A stretch of 34,142 nucleotides of DNA from a virus (lineage: Duplodnaviria > Caudoviricetes). Location: IMG/VR virus record IMGVR_UViG_3300002307_000142, positions 1 through 34,142 of that record, one strand, 5' to 3'. Shown piece by piece: positions 14,537 to 24,121 of the stretch. Every line of letters starts with the position of its first letter. Position 1 is the stretch's first letter. The position numbers and the translations under genes were made by a program. Under the pieces are notes generated by a model, which saw nothing but the letters and a program-made list of their open reading frames with translations, searched no databases and was not told where the DNA came from.

Positions 14537-15511
14537 TCAGCGAACCCCCTGAATGACGAACTGCGCGCCCGAGACGTCGGCGTTGAGCTCCAGCGCCTGC
14601 ACCGTCGCGCCGCCGTTGCCGCCATCGGACAGCCGCAAGATTTCAGTCTGCTGCGGCGCGATGGTGCCGGACCAGAACGCGGCATAAGTGCCGGCGCCGG
14701 AGGCGAAGGACAACCGGGCCGAGACGGTCACAGGCAACCCGCCGGCCGCGTTGGTGTTGCGGATATAGACCGCTTTCAGGCCGAACAGCCGCGGCGTTCC
14801 CTGCGAGGATGTGCGCGGGTCCACCTTGGTCCAGGTGCTGCCGGTGCCAACCGCAACCGGCGCCATCGGGGCGATAATCTCGGCAATCGGCCCCTGCGGG
14901 TTGCCGGCGCCATCCTCCACGATCATGCCGTCGAAGATCAGCGTGCGCGTGGCCGCGGTGTCGCACGGGATGTGAATGCCGGCCAGGTGCCAGCCCGGCG
15001 CCAGGTCGTTGAACAGGATGTTGGCCCGGCTGCGCTGCGCGAAGGTGCGGACGTAGTAGGGCGCCTCATAGATCGGCGTCAGGTCGGGCGCGCGGTAGAC
15101 GCCATCCACCGAAACCGAGAAAGGCTTTTGCCACCAATCCGTGGTGTCGCCGGTAGACTGGTGCCGCCAGCGCAGGCCGAACAGCCGGCCATAGAAGCCG
15201 ACGCGGATGAAGACATAGTTTGCCCAGGTCGCGCTTGCAGAAAGCGAGCAATACAGCACGCTGTGGCTGCCATCTTCGTTGCCATCAACCGGCGCCGAGG
15301 TGCGTTCGTCGGCGGCATAGAATACCGCGCTGGCCGAACCCACGCTTTGGTCCGCGAAGCCATCTGGCCGGAACGGAATGAAGGCATGCCCGCGAGGTGC
15401 CGGGCGAAACGTGTTGAGCGCGGCGCCGGTAATGTCGGCCGGTGTGGTGTAGAGCGGCGCGGCAGGGCCAAGCACCCGGCCCGCTGCATCCACTTGCATT
15501 GAAAGCTGCAT
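14537..15511 (-). CDS. hypothetical beta-sandwich protein, possibly carbohydrate-binding
   Basis: Aromatic, beta-rich (FYGRLFGL...VSVDG...DLAPGWHLAGI...FDGMIV); adjacent to the SGNH gene. Confidence 0.55.
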   Translation of the reverse strand: MQLSMQVDAAGRVLGPAAPLYTTPADITGAALNTFRPAPRGHAFIPFRPDGFADQSVGSASAVFYAADERTSAPVDGNEDGSHSVLYCSLSASATWANYVFIRVGFYGRLFGLRWRHQSTGDTTDWWQKPFSVSVDGVYRAPDLTPIYEAPYYVRTFAQRSRANILFNDLAPGWHLAGIHIPCDTAATRTLIFDGMIVEDGAGNPQGPIAEIIAPMAPVAVGTGSTWTKVDPRTSSQGTPRLFGLKAVYIRNTNAAGGLPVTVSARLSFASGAGTYAAFWSGTIAPQQTEILRLSDGGNGGATVQALELNADVSGAQFVIQGVR

Positions 15512-15521
15512 GCGCGCGCCC

Positions 15522-16586
15522 CTAGGTGCGGGTCACCACGCCCGACGCGAGCGTAGTGACATGGGTGACGGAGAACGGAGCCGACCAAACTTCGGTTATG
15601 GTGCCGGCGCCAATAGTGGTGGTGACGGTCCAGCTTGTGCCGCCGTAGCTGTAGGCGTCGGTCACCGTTCCGGCGCCAATCGTGGTGGTGCTGGCTGCGG
15701 CGCCGCTTGCCATGGCGGCCAGCAGGGTAGCGGTCAGTTCAGCCGCCCGCGCCGTCGCCGCCTCAGCGGTGATCGCTGCTGCATTGGTGGCGTCGCCAGT
15801 GCTTCGCGCCGTCGCCTCTGCGGTGTCGGCCGCCGCCCGGGCCGTGGCCTCGGCGGTGATCGCTGCCGCGTTGGTCGCGTCGCCATTACTCCGCGCGGTC
15901 GCCTCGGTCGCCAGGTCGCTCGCCGCGGCAGCGCCGGAAACGTCGCCCACCGCCAGCGTCACCGCGCCTGTGCGGCCGGCCACGCTGGTCACGGCAGCGC
16001 CGCCATAGCCCTGCGCCACAACCCATGCCGTGGTGGCCACCTTCGTACTGTTGTCCGCGGTGGCCGGCGTGGGCGCGGTAGGTGCGCCGGTGAAGGCGGG
16101 GGAGGCAAGCGGCGCCGCACCGATATCGCCGGGCGTCGTAACTCGCGTGGCGCCCGCCGCCACGGCGTCCAACTTGGCCTTGTCGGTGGCCAGCATCAGG
16201 CCGTTGGCGCTGTCGGTCACGGTCGGCACCAATACGGCACCCAGAGGTGGGGGCGCCGCGCCATTGCTGGCCCGCACCAGCACCACCTGTTCTTCCACCG
16301 CCGTCGTGGGCCCGCTGCAGGTAACCCGGAATACGGCGCCGCCGGCCTTGCCCAGAGTGAAGTTCACCTGCCAGTTGCCGTCGGCCGGGTTCTCCACGGC
16401 GGCGGTGATGTCGGTGGCCTGGCCGTCGCTCTCGCGCACGGTCACCACCAGGCCGGTGGCTGCCATCGGGCGCGCGGTCACCGCGTCCTGCGCGTTGATC
16501 AGGAGCTGCACCGTCTGCCCGGCCATCACGCGCGCAGGCAGGGTCAGCCCCGCCAGCGACAGGACGAGCTTCACCGGGTTCGTCAT
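15522..16586 (-). CDS. tail or head fibre-like protein with internal repeats
   Basis: Fibre motifs APLASPAFTGAPTAPTPATADNSTKVATTAWV and VTSVAGRTGAVTL; EATAR repeats. Confidence 0.7.
   Translation of the reverse strand: MTNPVKLVLSLAGLTLPARVMAGQTVQLLINAQDAVTARPMAATGLVVTVRESDGQATDITAAVENPADGNWQVNFTLGKAGGAVFRVTCSGPTTAVEEQVVLVRASNGAAPPPLGAVLVPTVTDSANGLMLATDKAKLDAVAAGATRVTTPGDIGAAPLASPAFTGAPTAPTPATADNSTKVATTAWVVAQGYGGAAVTSVAGRTGAVTLAVGDVSGAAAASDLATEATARSNGDATNAAAITAEATARAAADTAEATARSTGDATNAAAITAEAATARAAELTATLLAAMASGAAASTTTIGAGTVTDAYSYGGTSWTVTTTIGAGTITEVWSAPFSVTHVTTLASGVVTRT
15735..15910 (-). repeat. coding tandem repeat, about 2 x 29 aa (EATARSxGDATNAAAITAEATARAA)
   Basis: Visible in the translation; coordinates approximate. 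Confidence 0.75.
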
Positions 16587-16634
16587 GCATGCCTCTCGGT
16601 GTCGGGTACGGGGCGGCTATGGTGGTCGCCGGGG

Positions 16635-17009
16635 TCAGCCCGGCGGCGTCGGCAAGGGCGCGTCGGGCCAACCGGGCTGTTCCGGCCAGGCCCGCAGCGC
16701 CGCCCGATACGCGATCCAGGCGGCCACCTGCTCCGGCGGCAGCGGCGTGTCGGTGCCCACCCGCCAATCGCAGGCGGCCAGCAGCGCGGCGCGGTGCAGC
16801 CGGGCATCCTCCGGGGTGCGAACCAGGCGGGGCGGCGGGCCGAAGCTGCCGGCGGTGTAGCTGTCGCCCTCGGCCACCGTGGCGCCGGCCGGCACCGGCA
16901 CACAGGCGGTGACGATGGCCGGATGGTGGCACTCCGCCAGGACGGCGCCATCCGGCAGCCGCAGCAGCTCGGCGACGATATCGCCCTGGATCCGCGCGAA
17001 GACCTGCAT
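16635..17009 (-). CDS. tail fibre assembly chaperone
   Basis: RAALLAACDWRVGTDTPL...AWIAYRAALRAWPEQPGWPDAPLPTPP is the typical C-terminal motif. Confidence 0.85.
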   Translation of the reverse strand: MQVFARIQGDIVAELLRLPDGAVLAECHHPAIVTACVPVPAGATVAEGDSYTAGSFGPPPRLVRTPEDARLHRAALLAACDWRVGTDTPLPPEQVAAWIAYRAALRAWPEQPGWPDAPLPTPPG

Positions 17010-17011
17010 GC

Positions 17012-18178
17012 TCAATACTCCAAAATGCCGAGGCCGGCGCCGCCGTTGCCGCCCGCTACGCCGCCGCTGGTGCTGGCCGTGCCCGCGCCGCCGCCGCCGG
17101 GGAACTGCCCGGTCGGGCCAGTGCCGTTGATCGCCCCGCCCGTGCCGCCCGCCCCGCCCATGCCGGCATGGCCGCCCACGCCGCCGTTGATGGTGGAGTA
17201 GGCGCCGCCGCCGGATTGGCCGGTGTAGTTGACCGCGCCGCCCGTGGCGGTGCCGCCAGCGCCGACGCTGGATTGCCCGCCGCTGTTGCTGGCGTAGCCG
17301 GCACCGCCGCCGGTCGCGCTGGCGAAGGAGGCGAAGGAGGTGGTGCCGCCCGCCGTGCCGTTGGTCGGGCTGCCATTGCCGCCGCTGCCCGCCGTGCCGA
17401 TGGTCCAGGTGTAGGCGGTGCCGGGCACCACATCGTATTCGCCCTCGAAGGCCCCGCCGCCGCCGCCGCCGGAACTCTGCGCCGTGCCGTTCGCGCCGCC
17501 GCCGCCGCCGCCAGGCGCCCAACCTCGGGCCTTCACGCGCGTCACGCCGGCCGGGCAGGTCCAGGCCGCCGTGCTTGTGAACACCGCCATCTGCCGGTAG
17601 CCCGGCGTTGCGGCCAGGGCGTACCAGGTGGCATTGCCATCCGAGGCCAACATCAGGCGGCCGCCCACCGGCAGCACCATGCTGGTTGCGCCGTCCAGGC
17701 TGTCGCTGCCGGCGCGCTGCACCGTCACCGTGTGGCTGCTGGTGTCGGTGCGGAGGAATTTGAACTGCACCGCGGCGTTCGGCAGCGCGGCCCCGCCGGC
17801 GGCGGTGGAAAGCGCCAGGCCGGCCGCCGCATTGGCGGCGGGCAGCGTCAATGTCACATCGCCGGAGGACGCATTGACCGGGATGATGCCCTGGTCGGCG
17901 CGCGTCAGCGCCCGGCTGGAGGTGATAGCCGTGATCGCCTTGGCCGCGGCGATGCGGGCCACCGCCTCGGCGCCGTTCGCATAGCCGGTCTTGGAGGAGG
18001 TGACGCCACCCAGGTCGCAGATCCCGCGCAACAGGGACTGCACCAGGTTCAGCCACCAGTAGCGCACGCGCGTCGCCGGCGTCACGCCCGGCGTGCCGCC
18101 GGTGTACGCGCCCTCCGTCAGGTTGGAAGGCGGCGCCGGCGGCGAAGCGACGGCGGTGGTGTCATCTATCAGGAACAT
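17012..18178 (-). CDS. tail fibre protein with Gly-rich C-terminal domain
   Basis: N-terminal YTGGTPGVTPATRVRYWWLNLVQ anchor; FTSTAAWTCPAGVTRVKARGWAPGGGGGG Gly-rich domain. Confidence 0.85.
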   Translation of the reverse strand: MFLIDDTTAVASPPAPPSNLTEGAYTGGTPGVTPATRVRYWWLNLVQSLLRGICDLGGVTSSKTGYANGAEAVARIAAAKAITAITSSRALTRADQGIIPVNASSGDVTLTLPAANAAAGLALSTAAGGAALPNAAVQFKFLRTDTSSHTVTVQRAGSDSLDGATSMVLPVGGRLMLASDGNATWYALAATPGYRQMAVFTSTAAWTCPAGVTRVKARGWAPGGGGGGANGTAQSSGGGGGGAFEGEYDVVPGTAYTWTIGTAGSGGNGSPTNGTAGGTTSFASFASATGGGAGYASNSGGQSSVGAGGTATGGAVNYTGQSGGGAYSTINGGVGGHAGMGGAGGTGGAINGTGPTGQFPGGGGAGTASTSGGVAGGNGGAGLGILEY

Positions 18179-18185
18179 GCTGGCC

Positions 18186-18782
18186 TCATGCGTAGGCGAA
18201 GAGGGGGACGGTTTCGGCGGGCGCGTAGCGGGCGATCTCGCATTCCAGGACCGCGTTGCCCCAGGCGGCCAACGGCTCGTCGGCGGCCGAGATATCGGCG
18301 GCGAACTCGAAGGTCGCTCCGGCCGGGGCGTTGATCGTCCAGGCATAGGCCCAGGCGTCGCCGTTCACGGGGTCGTCGGCCAGCATGAAGTCGGCGCGGG
18401 CCACCGCGTATTCCGTCACCGTCACCTCAAAGCCGAGCGCGGCGGCGAAAGCGATGAAGTATGGGATGCTCTGGCCACCCGTCGCCGTCAGCCGGGCCAG
18501 AACCTGCGCTTGTCGCTGCTGGATCGTCGGCGCCGGGCCGGCGCAAGGGTCGGGCAGGCCAAGCGTGGCCTCCCATTCGGGCAGCAGCTCATAGGCATCC
18601 GCCGGAAAGGCATCGGTCAGCAGGTAGGTGGCGCGGGCGTCCAGCCGCGCCGGGGTCCGCGCCAGCGCCGTCTCCACCGCCGTCTGCGTGGCGTCGGGGT
18701 CCTGCGGCCAGGCCGTCCCGGCCGGCTTAAGCGCGGCCAGCGCTGCGGCGTAGGCCGTGGCGTCTCGGGGCATCAGGGACAT
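18186..18782 (-). CDS. baseplate protein, YmfQ/DUF2313 (Mu gp48-like)
   Basis: ELLPEWEATLGLPDPC...GGQSIPYFIAFAAALGF...LECEIARYAPAET. Confidence 0.88.
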   Translation of the reverse strand: MSLMPRDATAYAAALAALKPAGTAWPQDPDATQTAVETALARTPARLDARATYLLTDAFPADAYELLPEWEATLGLPDPCAGPAPTIQQRQAQVLARLTATGGQSIPYFIAFAAALGFEVTVTEYAVARADFMLADDPVNGDAWAYAWTINAPAGATFEFAADISAADEPLAAWGNAVLECEIARYAPAETVPLFAYA

Positions 18783-18788
18783 GCGACC

Positions 18789-19916
18789 TCAGCTGTAGAC
18801 GGGGGTTCCGAGCGTGTGCAGGTAGCCGGTTGCGGCCGCGACCGGCGCCGAGGGGCTGGACAGCGTGAAGTGCGTGACTCCGGGCACCGAGGCGATGGCG
18901 GCGCTGATGTCGGAGGGGTAGATCGTGCCGTCATTGGCCGGGTAGACGGACCCGCCGACGCTCGCCCGCAGCCGCAGCATGTCCGCCATCGCGGCGTTGA
19001 TCGCTGATTGCAGCGACGGGTCGTTCAGGTTGGCGATGTGCGGGTTGATGGCCTGCGCCAGCGGGGGCGCCAGGTACACCAGCGCCGTGGCATTCCGCTT
19101 CGGAAAGATGCTGTCGGCCACCGTCAGCAGGTCGCCCGTGGCGGTTGTATCGCGCGTCTCCAGCGTGGCCACGCCGCCGGTGCCGCTCGGGAAGCCGCCA
19201 GCGCCGCTGCGCACGTCATCGAGCATGACATAGACGACCACCGTACCCGCCCCCATGCCGTTGGGCGTCACCCAGGCGCGCGTGACGCCGGCAACCGCCA
19301 GCGCCCAGCCGACATAGTCGCTGCCGGCGCCGCCTTGGGGCGGGGACGCGAAGGCCGCCATCACCCGGGCGAAGTAGGGGTCCTCAAGCTCGGCATCGGC
19401 GCCTGTCGTGGTCGTGCTGGCCCAGGCGCCCGTGGCGTTGATGCCGGGCACGGCCTGGCCCAGCTGCACCACCGCGCCCACATCGCAGTTGCCCGCGGCG
19501 CCGGCCGCTACCGCCAGCGCTGGCGCGGTCACGGTGCCATCGCTGGCCACGGTCGCCCCGGCGGTGGTGGTGAAGGCCACGCCATCGGCGGCGCGCACCA
19601 GCGGCGTGCCGCTCAGCAGCACCGTGCCGGCCGTGCCGGTGCCCGCCCAGGTCCCTGCCGCTGCCACGGCAGCCACGCGCGGCACACCCTTCAGCGCCCC
19701 CCATGCCTCCAGGAACTCGCCCCGGGACGTGAACGGCACCGCCTGCTTGGCCACCCAGTCCAGCAGGCCGTACAGCCCGTCCGTCTGCCCGGCCAGCACA
19801 ATGGCCATGGCGGCTTCCGGGCTCTGCCGCAGCAGCCCGGTCAGGCCCAGCGCGGCGGCCATGTCGGTCTTGGCGTCGGCCACCAGGGTGGACCGCGTGG
19901 GGCGGGAAAAGGGCAT
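18789..19916 (-). CDS. baseplate J-like protein (Mu gp47)
   Basis: MPFSRPT...GADAE...PPQGGAGSDYVGWALAVAGVTRAWV. Confidence 0.92.
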   Translation of the reverse strand: MPFSRPTRSTLVADAKTDMAAALGLTGLLRQSPEAAMAIVLAGQTDGLYGLLDWVAKQAVPFTSRGEFLEAWGALKGVPRVAAVAAAGTWAGTGTAGTVLLSGTPLVRAADGVAFTTTAGATVASDGTVTAPALAVAAGAAGNCDVGAVVQLGQAVPGINATGAWASTTTTGADAELEDPYFARVMAAFASPPQGGAGSDYVGWALAVAGVTRAWVTPNGMGAGTVVVYVMLDDVRSGAGGFPSGTGGVATLETRDTTATGDLLTVADSIFPKRNATALVYLAPPLAQAINPHIANLNDPSLQSAINAAMADMLRLRASVGGSVYPANDGTIYPSDISAAIASVPGVTHFTLSSPSAPVAAATGYLHTLGTPVYS

Positions 19917-19925
19917 GGTGTTCCG

Positions 19926-20390
19926 TCAGGTCTGCGCGGGGCCGGTTTCGGCGTCCCACAGGGCGGCGAAGGTCAGGGCGGTGGTGGCGCCGTCCCGCTG
20001 GTTGACCGTCACGGTCATGCCCAGCCGGCGGCCTTGCCAGAAGGCGCTGCAGACCACGCTGGCGGCCACGCCGTCATCCACCAGCCAGGCCAGCGCTTCC
20101 TGCGCGTATTCCTCGGCGCGGCGCAGCGGCTCGCGGCTGCCGGTGGCCACCTTGGCCCGGCGCAGCAGCCACAGGCGGCTGCCCCAGGGGCTGGGCGAAT
20201 AGGCGTCGCCCCACCAGCCCCCGCGATCCATTCCGGCGGGCACCTGGTCGTCGTCGCTGGCGCGGCGGTCGGTGAACAGCGAAACCAGCATGGCCGAGGC
20301 CAGGGGCGTGCCGGTGGCCAGCCCATGCGGCAGCAGCTGCCAGTCGCCGCGCGCCTCGGCCGCGCTCCAGGCGAGGGAAAGCTGGCTCAC
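19926..20390 (-). CDS. baseplate protein, Mu gp46-like
   Basis: SLFTDRRA...RGGWWGD...GSRLWLLRRAK...AEEYAQEALAWLVDDGVA. Confidence 0.92.
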   Translation of the reverse strand: MSQLSLAWSAAEARGDWQLLPHGLATGTPLASAMLVSLFTDRRASDDDQVPAGMDRGGWWGDAYSPSPWGSRLWLLRRAKVATGSREPLRRAEEYAQEALAWLVDDGVAASVVCSAFWQGRRLGMTVTVNQRDGATTALTFAALWDAETGPAQT

Positions 20391-20875
20391 AGCGCCTTCA
20401 CCTTGGTCGCCGGGTTGCCGTTGGCCAGTTGCACGGGCACCGAGGCCCCGGCGCCGCCCAGGCGGATATCCGGGCAGTCCAGCACCACCTGCGTCGCCAC
20501 GGTCGCGGTCAGCTTGTCGGCGTTGGTCACCACCAGTTCCTTGCCCAGCTTCAGGTGCAGCATCAGGCCCTCATGGGTGAACAGCGCCACTTCGCCTTCC
20601 GCCAGCGCCGGCCCCTGGTATTGGCGGTTGCCCACCCCCACCACCACGCCGGCGCCGCGGTCCCCGCCCAGGAACACCGCCACGGCGTCGCTGCCCGGCA
20701 GCGGGCGCGAGGCGATGCCGAACAGCGTCAGCATCGGCAGGTTGTCCCGCACCTCGCCCCCGGCGAACTGCATCTGCGCCAGCAAGGTGCCGCTGCCCTG
20801 ACGGGTGGAGGAGATCCTGCCCACGCCGATGGCGCTGCGCAGCCGCATCCACAGCCGTGTCACCGCATCGGCCAT
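20387..20875 (-). CDS. baseplate spike/assembly protein, Mu gp45-like
   Basis: FGIASRPLPGSDAVAVFLGGDRGAGVVV...LAEGEVALF; ATG 20875 overlaps the gp44 stop. Confidence 0.88.
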   Translation of the reverse strand: MADAVTRLWMRLRSAIGVGRISSTRQGSGTLLAQMQFAGGEVRDNLPMLTLFGIASRPLPGSDAVAVFLGGDRGAGVVVGVGNRQYQGPALAEGEVALFTHEGLMLHLKLGKELVVTNADKLTATVATQVVLDCPDIRLGGAGASVPVQLANGNPATKVKAL

Positions 20876-22023
20876 CAGAGCCTCGCCGTGTCCAGGGCGT
20901 CGTTCAAAACCGCCCGCTGCGCCGCGCCTTCCTGTGCGGCGCGCAGTGCCGCCGCCACCTGCGCGTCGAACGGCGTCAGCACGGTCGGTTGCAGCGCGAA
21001 GGCCTCGGGCGGCATCAGTGTCAGTTCGGCGCGGGTTCCCTTGCTGTCCAGCAGGTACGTCACCTCGCCGATCACCCACAGCTTGTCTTCCAGCTTCAGG
21101 CTGGGCAGGTGTACGCGGGCCAGGCGGTTCGGCTCCCACAGCACGCCGGCGGAATCGCGCCAGGTGTCGGTGGTCAGGGTCACGGCCTGGCTGCGACCGA
21201 AGCGCCGTTGCTTCTCCCATTCGGCCCGGCGCTGCGCCAGCGTCGGGTCCGCCATGGTCTGTTCGGCCAGGATGTAGTGGACGCGGAAGCGCGGTGTGCG
21301 CGGGTCTTCGACCGTGGTGAGGAACTTGTAGCCCTCGCCGGCGCCCAGCGCGTCCGCCACATCCTGCAGGCCATCCACCGAGGAGATCACCACCTTGTAG
21401 TGCGAATAGCGCTGGTCACCCTCGAAGGCGACCGAGGCGCGCTCGACATTCACCCCCTCCTCGAAGCCGGAGGCGTGCCGGTCGGTGCCCACCTGGCGCA
21501 GCATCACCCGGCCGTCAGGCTGGTCGTAGGCCAGCAGCCCGGCGAAGCGCGTCACCCGCTCCACAATGTCCCAGACCGTCTCACCCTGCATCGCGTTGAA
21601 CTGCGGGATGATCGGGCCAACGTCGCCCTCGGCGATGAACTCCACGCCGTAGGGCGCGGCCAGCTGCTGCGCCAGCGTCAGCGCGCTGGTGGCCATCAGC
21701 TGCATGCCCGGGAAGATCGCGGCGCAGTCCACCAGGTCGGTGGACTTGCTCACCGCCAGCACCTGCACTTCGTGCCCGGTCGGCTCGATGCTCGGCAGCA
21801 CCCGCGTGACATACCCGGTCAGCACCCGCGTGGCGCCGATGCTGACCGTGCAGGGCTGGAAGGGCTGCACGGCAGTATCGGCGGCGCCGGGAAAGCGCTC
21901 GGTTGCCGTCAGCGTCACATTGGCCGGCACGCGCTCGCAGCCCCGCGTTACCCGCAGCCCGGTCCAGCCGCGCCATTCCACGCCGCCCACCGTCAGCACG
22001 GGGGTATCATCGGGGTTGGCCAT
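20875..22023 (-). CDS. baseplate hub, Mu gp44/P-like
   Basis: LTVGGVEWRGWTGLRVTRG...SKSTDLVDCAA...WRDSAGVLWEPN. Confidence 0.9.
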   Translation of the reverse strand: MANPDDTPVLTVGGVEWRGWTGLRVTRGCERVPANVTLTATERFPGAADTAVQPFQPCTVSIGATRVLTGYVTRVLPSIEPTGHEVQVLAVSKSTDLVDCAAIFPGMQLMATSALTLAQQLAAPYGVEFIAEGDVGPIIPQFNAMQGETVWDIVERVTRFAGLLAYDQPDGRVMLRQVGTDRHASGFEEGVNVERASVAFEGDQRYSHYKVVISSVDGLQDVADALGAGEGYKFLTTVEDPRTPRFRVHYILAEQTMADPTLAQRRAEWEKQRRFGRSQAVTLTTDTWRDSAGVLWEPNRLARVHLPSLKLEDKLWVIGEVTYLLDSKGTRAELTLMPPEAFALQPTVLTPFDAQVAAALRAAQEGAAQRAVLNDALDTARL

Positions 22024-22035
22024 GCTTCCTCCACG

Positions 22036-22065
22036 AAAAAGGGCGGGGCCTTGCGGCTCCGCCCT
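22036..22065 (-). terminator. intrinsic terminator closing the antirepressor operon
   Basis: Minus strand AGGGCGGAGCC-GCAA-GGCCCCGCCC-TTTTT. Confidence 0.8.
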
Positions 22066-22094
22066 CGTTGCTCTCGGCAGTCTGCTGCTGGCCG

Positions 22095-22508
22095 TCAGGC
22101 GGCCAGCAGCACCGGCGGCGGTGTCTTCAAGGCCGTGTACTCGCCCAGCGCGAACTCGTCCGGCGATACCCCGGCGGCCTGCGCCACCACGGCCAGCGCG
22201 CTCAGCAACGCCGGTTCCGCCAGATCCAGGCCGGCGCCGCCGTTCTGGAAATGCCGCGCGCAGTTCAGTTTGTGCAGCACCATCACCAGCTGCGCCGCGG
22301 CGTCCGCCAGCGTCACCGCCGGGGTTTCCAGCACCAGCGCCTCCACCGCCGCAAGCCGGCGGTCGCAGGCGTCATAGGCCGCCCTTTCCGCCCGCCAGCG
22401 CGGGCTGTGCCGCGGCAGTTCGGGCAGCGCCTCGTCCAGCGCCGCGTGCTGCTCATGCAGCCGGGGCAACTGCCGCGCCAGATCGGCGCAGGTGATCGGG
22501 CCGGGCAT
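22095..22508 (-). CDS. hypothetical protein in the antirepressor operon
   Basis: GGGGAGG RBS; ETPAVTLADAAAQL motif; TGATG coupling. Confidence 0.6.
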   Translation of the reverse strand: MPGPITCADLARQLPRLHEQHAALDEALPELPRHSPRWRAERAAYDACDRRLAAVEALVLETPAVTLADAAAQLVMVLHKLNCARHFQNGGAGLDLAEPALLSALAVVAQAAGVSPDEFALGEYTALKTPPPVLLAA

Positions 22509-22942
22509 CAGTGCGGCCTCCCCTGTCCGGCGAGGGCGTCATTCCTCCGCTCCGGGCTCATCCGCCAGGGCGGCTCGCTTGTCGGATAGACCGCCCACCA
22601 CGCGCGGTCTCCGGCTTCGGCGCCTTCGGCGAGGTAGACCTCGGATGTTGCGAAGGCCACGACCTTGGCAAAGGCGTCCCCCTCTTCGATGGTGGTTGCA
22701 ACCATCGGCGGTAACTCTACCCCCAGCCCCGGAAACGGCACGATACCCTCAACCATCCGAAAGAGGGTGCTGCGGCGCGCGTTCCACCGCCCCACAAGTT
22801 CCAGCACGACCTGCACCCCGCCGGCTAAGACGAAGGCGCGGGTGCCCTCGCCTTGAGTGGCAAGCGAGATGGCCAGAGAGAGAGCGTCGTAAAACGCCTT
22901 GTCGGTCATGGCCTCGACCTCAGCGAGCGTGTGCGGTTCCAT
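22508..22942 (-). CDS. hypothetical protein in the antirepressor operon
   Basis: ATG at 22942 overlaps the antirepressor stop. Confidence 0.5.
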   Translation of the reverse strand: MEPHTLAEVEAMTDKAFYDALSLAISLATQGEGTRAFVLAGGVQVVLELVGRWNARRSTLFRMVEGIVPFPGLGVELPPMVATTIEEGDAFAKVVAFATSEVYLAEGAEAGDRAWWAVYPTSEPPWRMSPERRNDALAGQGRPH

Positions 22943-23757
22943 CAAGCCACCCCCCGCAGCGCGCCGGGCATCAGCTTCGCCAACTTGGCCAGGCCTCGAC
23001 CCGTCACCCGCACTTGCTCCGTCGTCTTTTCGGAGCCGTCCGACCGCAACACCGTCGTCACCTTGTGCGCCAAGTCGCCGGAGGCCAGCCGCGCCTGATA
23101 GCCGCACCAATGGTCGGCACCAGGCCGCCGGTAGATCCACCCGTTCTGGCAGAGGAAGCCAAAAAGGTCCTTGGGGCGCACCTGCAGCGCCTTGGCGGCG
23201 TCGGTGATGCAGTGGCTTCCATCGGCCGCGGCAATGCGGTCATGTGCCTCGGCCTTCGGCACCAGCGCCGCATTTTCGGCCTCCAGTTCCAGCACCTTGT
23301 CGGCGTAGCCGAGCAGCAGGACACGCACCTTGTCCGGGTCGCCCAGCACCTTCATCAGGGCCGCGTTGTCGTTGCCCGCCGCCACGTCCTTTACGCGGAA
23401 GTAGCTGGTGACCAGCTTGCGCTGCACTTCCCAAGCCAGGTCATCCGTGAAGGACTTCACCAGCATCAGGTAGCCGGTTTCGGTCAGCAGGGTCAGCGCC
23501 TCGGTCGCGCGGTCGGAAACCACGCCCGGAAAGCGCGTACGTATTTCGTCCGCGCTCATCGCAACGAAGTCTTCGCCTTCCGCCAGCCGGGCGCGGTGCT
23601 TGGCAAAGGTGCGCCGCGCCGTCCCTTCCGGCCGCTGGTGGACCGCATCGACCATGGCCAGGGTCACAACGCGCTGGCCGTTCACCGCCAAGATGGGCAC
23701 GTCCACGTTACCAATGGCCACTATGGCCGTTGAAGTGCTATTTGAGCGCTCGCTCAT
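22942..23757 (-). CDS. ant: phage antirepressor, ORF6N plus ANT/KilAC domains
   Basis: GQRVVTLAMVDAVHQRPEGTARRTF...LLTETGYLMLVKSFTDDLAWEVQRKLV, then PKAEAHDRIAAADGSHCITDAAKAL...QVRVTGRGLAKL. Confidence 0.92.
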   Translation of the reverse strand: MSERSNSTSTAIVAIGNVDVPILAVNGQRVVTLAMVDAVHQRPEGTARRTFAKHRARLAEGEDFVAMSADEIRTRFPGVVSDRATEALTLLTETGYLMLVKSFTDDLAWEVQRKLVTSYFRVKDVAAGNDNAALMKVLGDPDKVRVLLLGYADKVLELEAENAALVPKAEAHDRIAAADGSHCITDAAKALQVRPKDLFGFLCQNGWIYRRPGADHWCGYQARLASGDLAHKVTTVLRSDGSEKTTEQVRVTGRGLAKLAKLMPGALRGVA

Positions 23758-23840
23758 CGCCGATCCTTCTCATCGGTGTGGGTTGATGGTCCTTCCGGTC
23801 GCGCCAACGACCTTGGGCCGGGATGTCTCCAGCAGCGGGC

Positions 23841-24035
23841 CTACGCCCTCGAAGCCTCCGCCCGCTGCTGGTGCGCCCCTTGGGGGGCATTCGTGGCGTC
23901 AGCCGCCATGGCTTGCTCAAGACGGAAGACGATTTCGCTGTTTTTGCTGCGGCGGTTGCGCTTCGCCTGCCCCTCGACCCACTCGTCCACTCCCTCCGGC
24001 ATGCGGAGCTGGAACGAGGCTTTGACCATCCTCAT
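23841..24035 (-). CDS. Arc-family repressor
   Basis: FQLRMPEGVDEWVEGQAKRNRRSKNSEIVFRLEQAM. Confidence 0.88.
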   Translation of the reverse strand: MRMVKASFQLRMPEGVDEWVEGQAKRNRRSKNSEIVFRLEQAMAADATNAPQGAHQQRAEASRA

Positions 24036-24049
24036 TTCGAACCCTTTCT

Positions 24050-24121
24050 GGCTGCGCCACCATGGCGCGGAGGGATAGTAGCCAAACGCTACGATTGAAC
24101 GCAACGCCAATTCAATCGCCA
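24050..24121. promoter_or_regulatory. divergent arc/mnt-type control region
   Basis: Inverted repeat CGATTGAA (24092-24099) and TTCAATCG (24111-24118) containing opposed TTGAA -35-like hexamers; palindromes CGCCACCATGGCG and GTAGC-N5-GCTAC. Confidence 0.55.

Noticed and set aside
17040-17520. GCC/CCG low-complexity runs as a DNA repeat element
   Set aside because: Explained by Gly-rich coding in the tail fibre.
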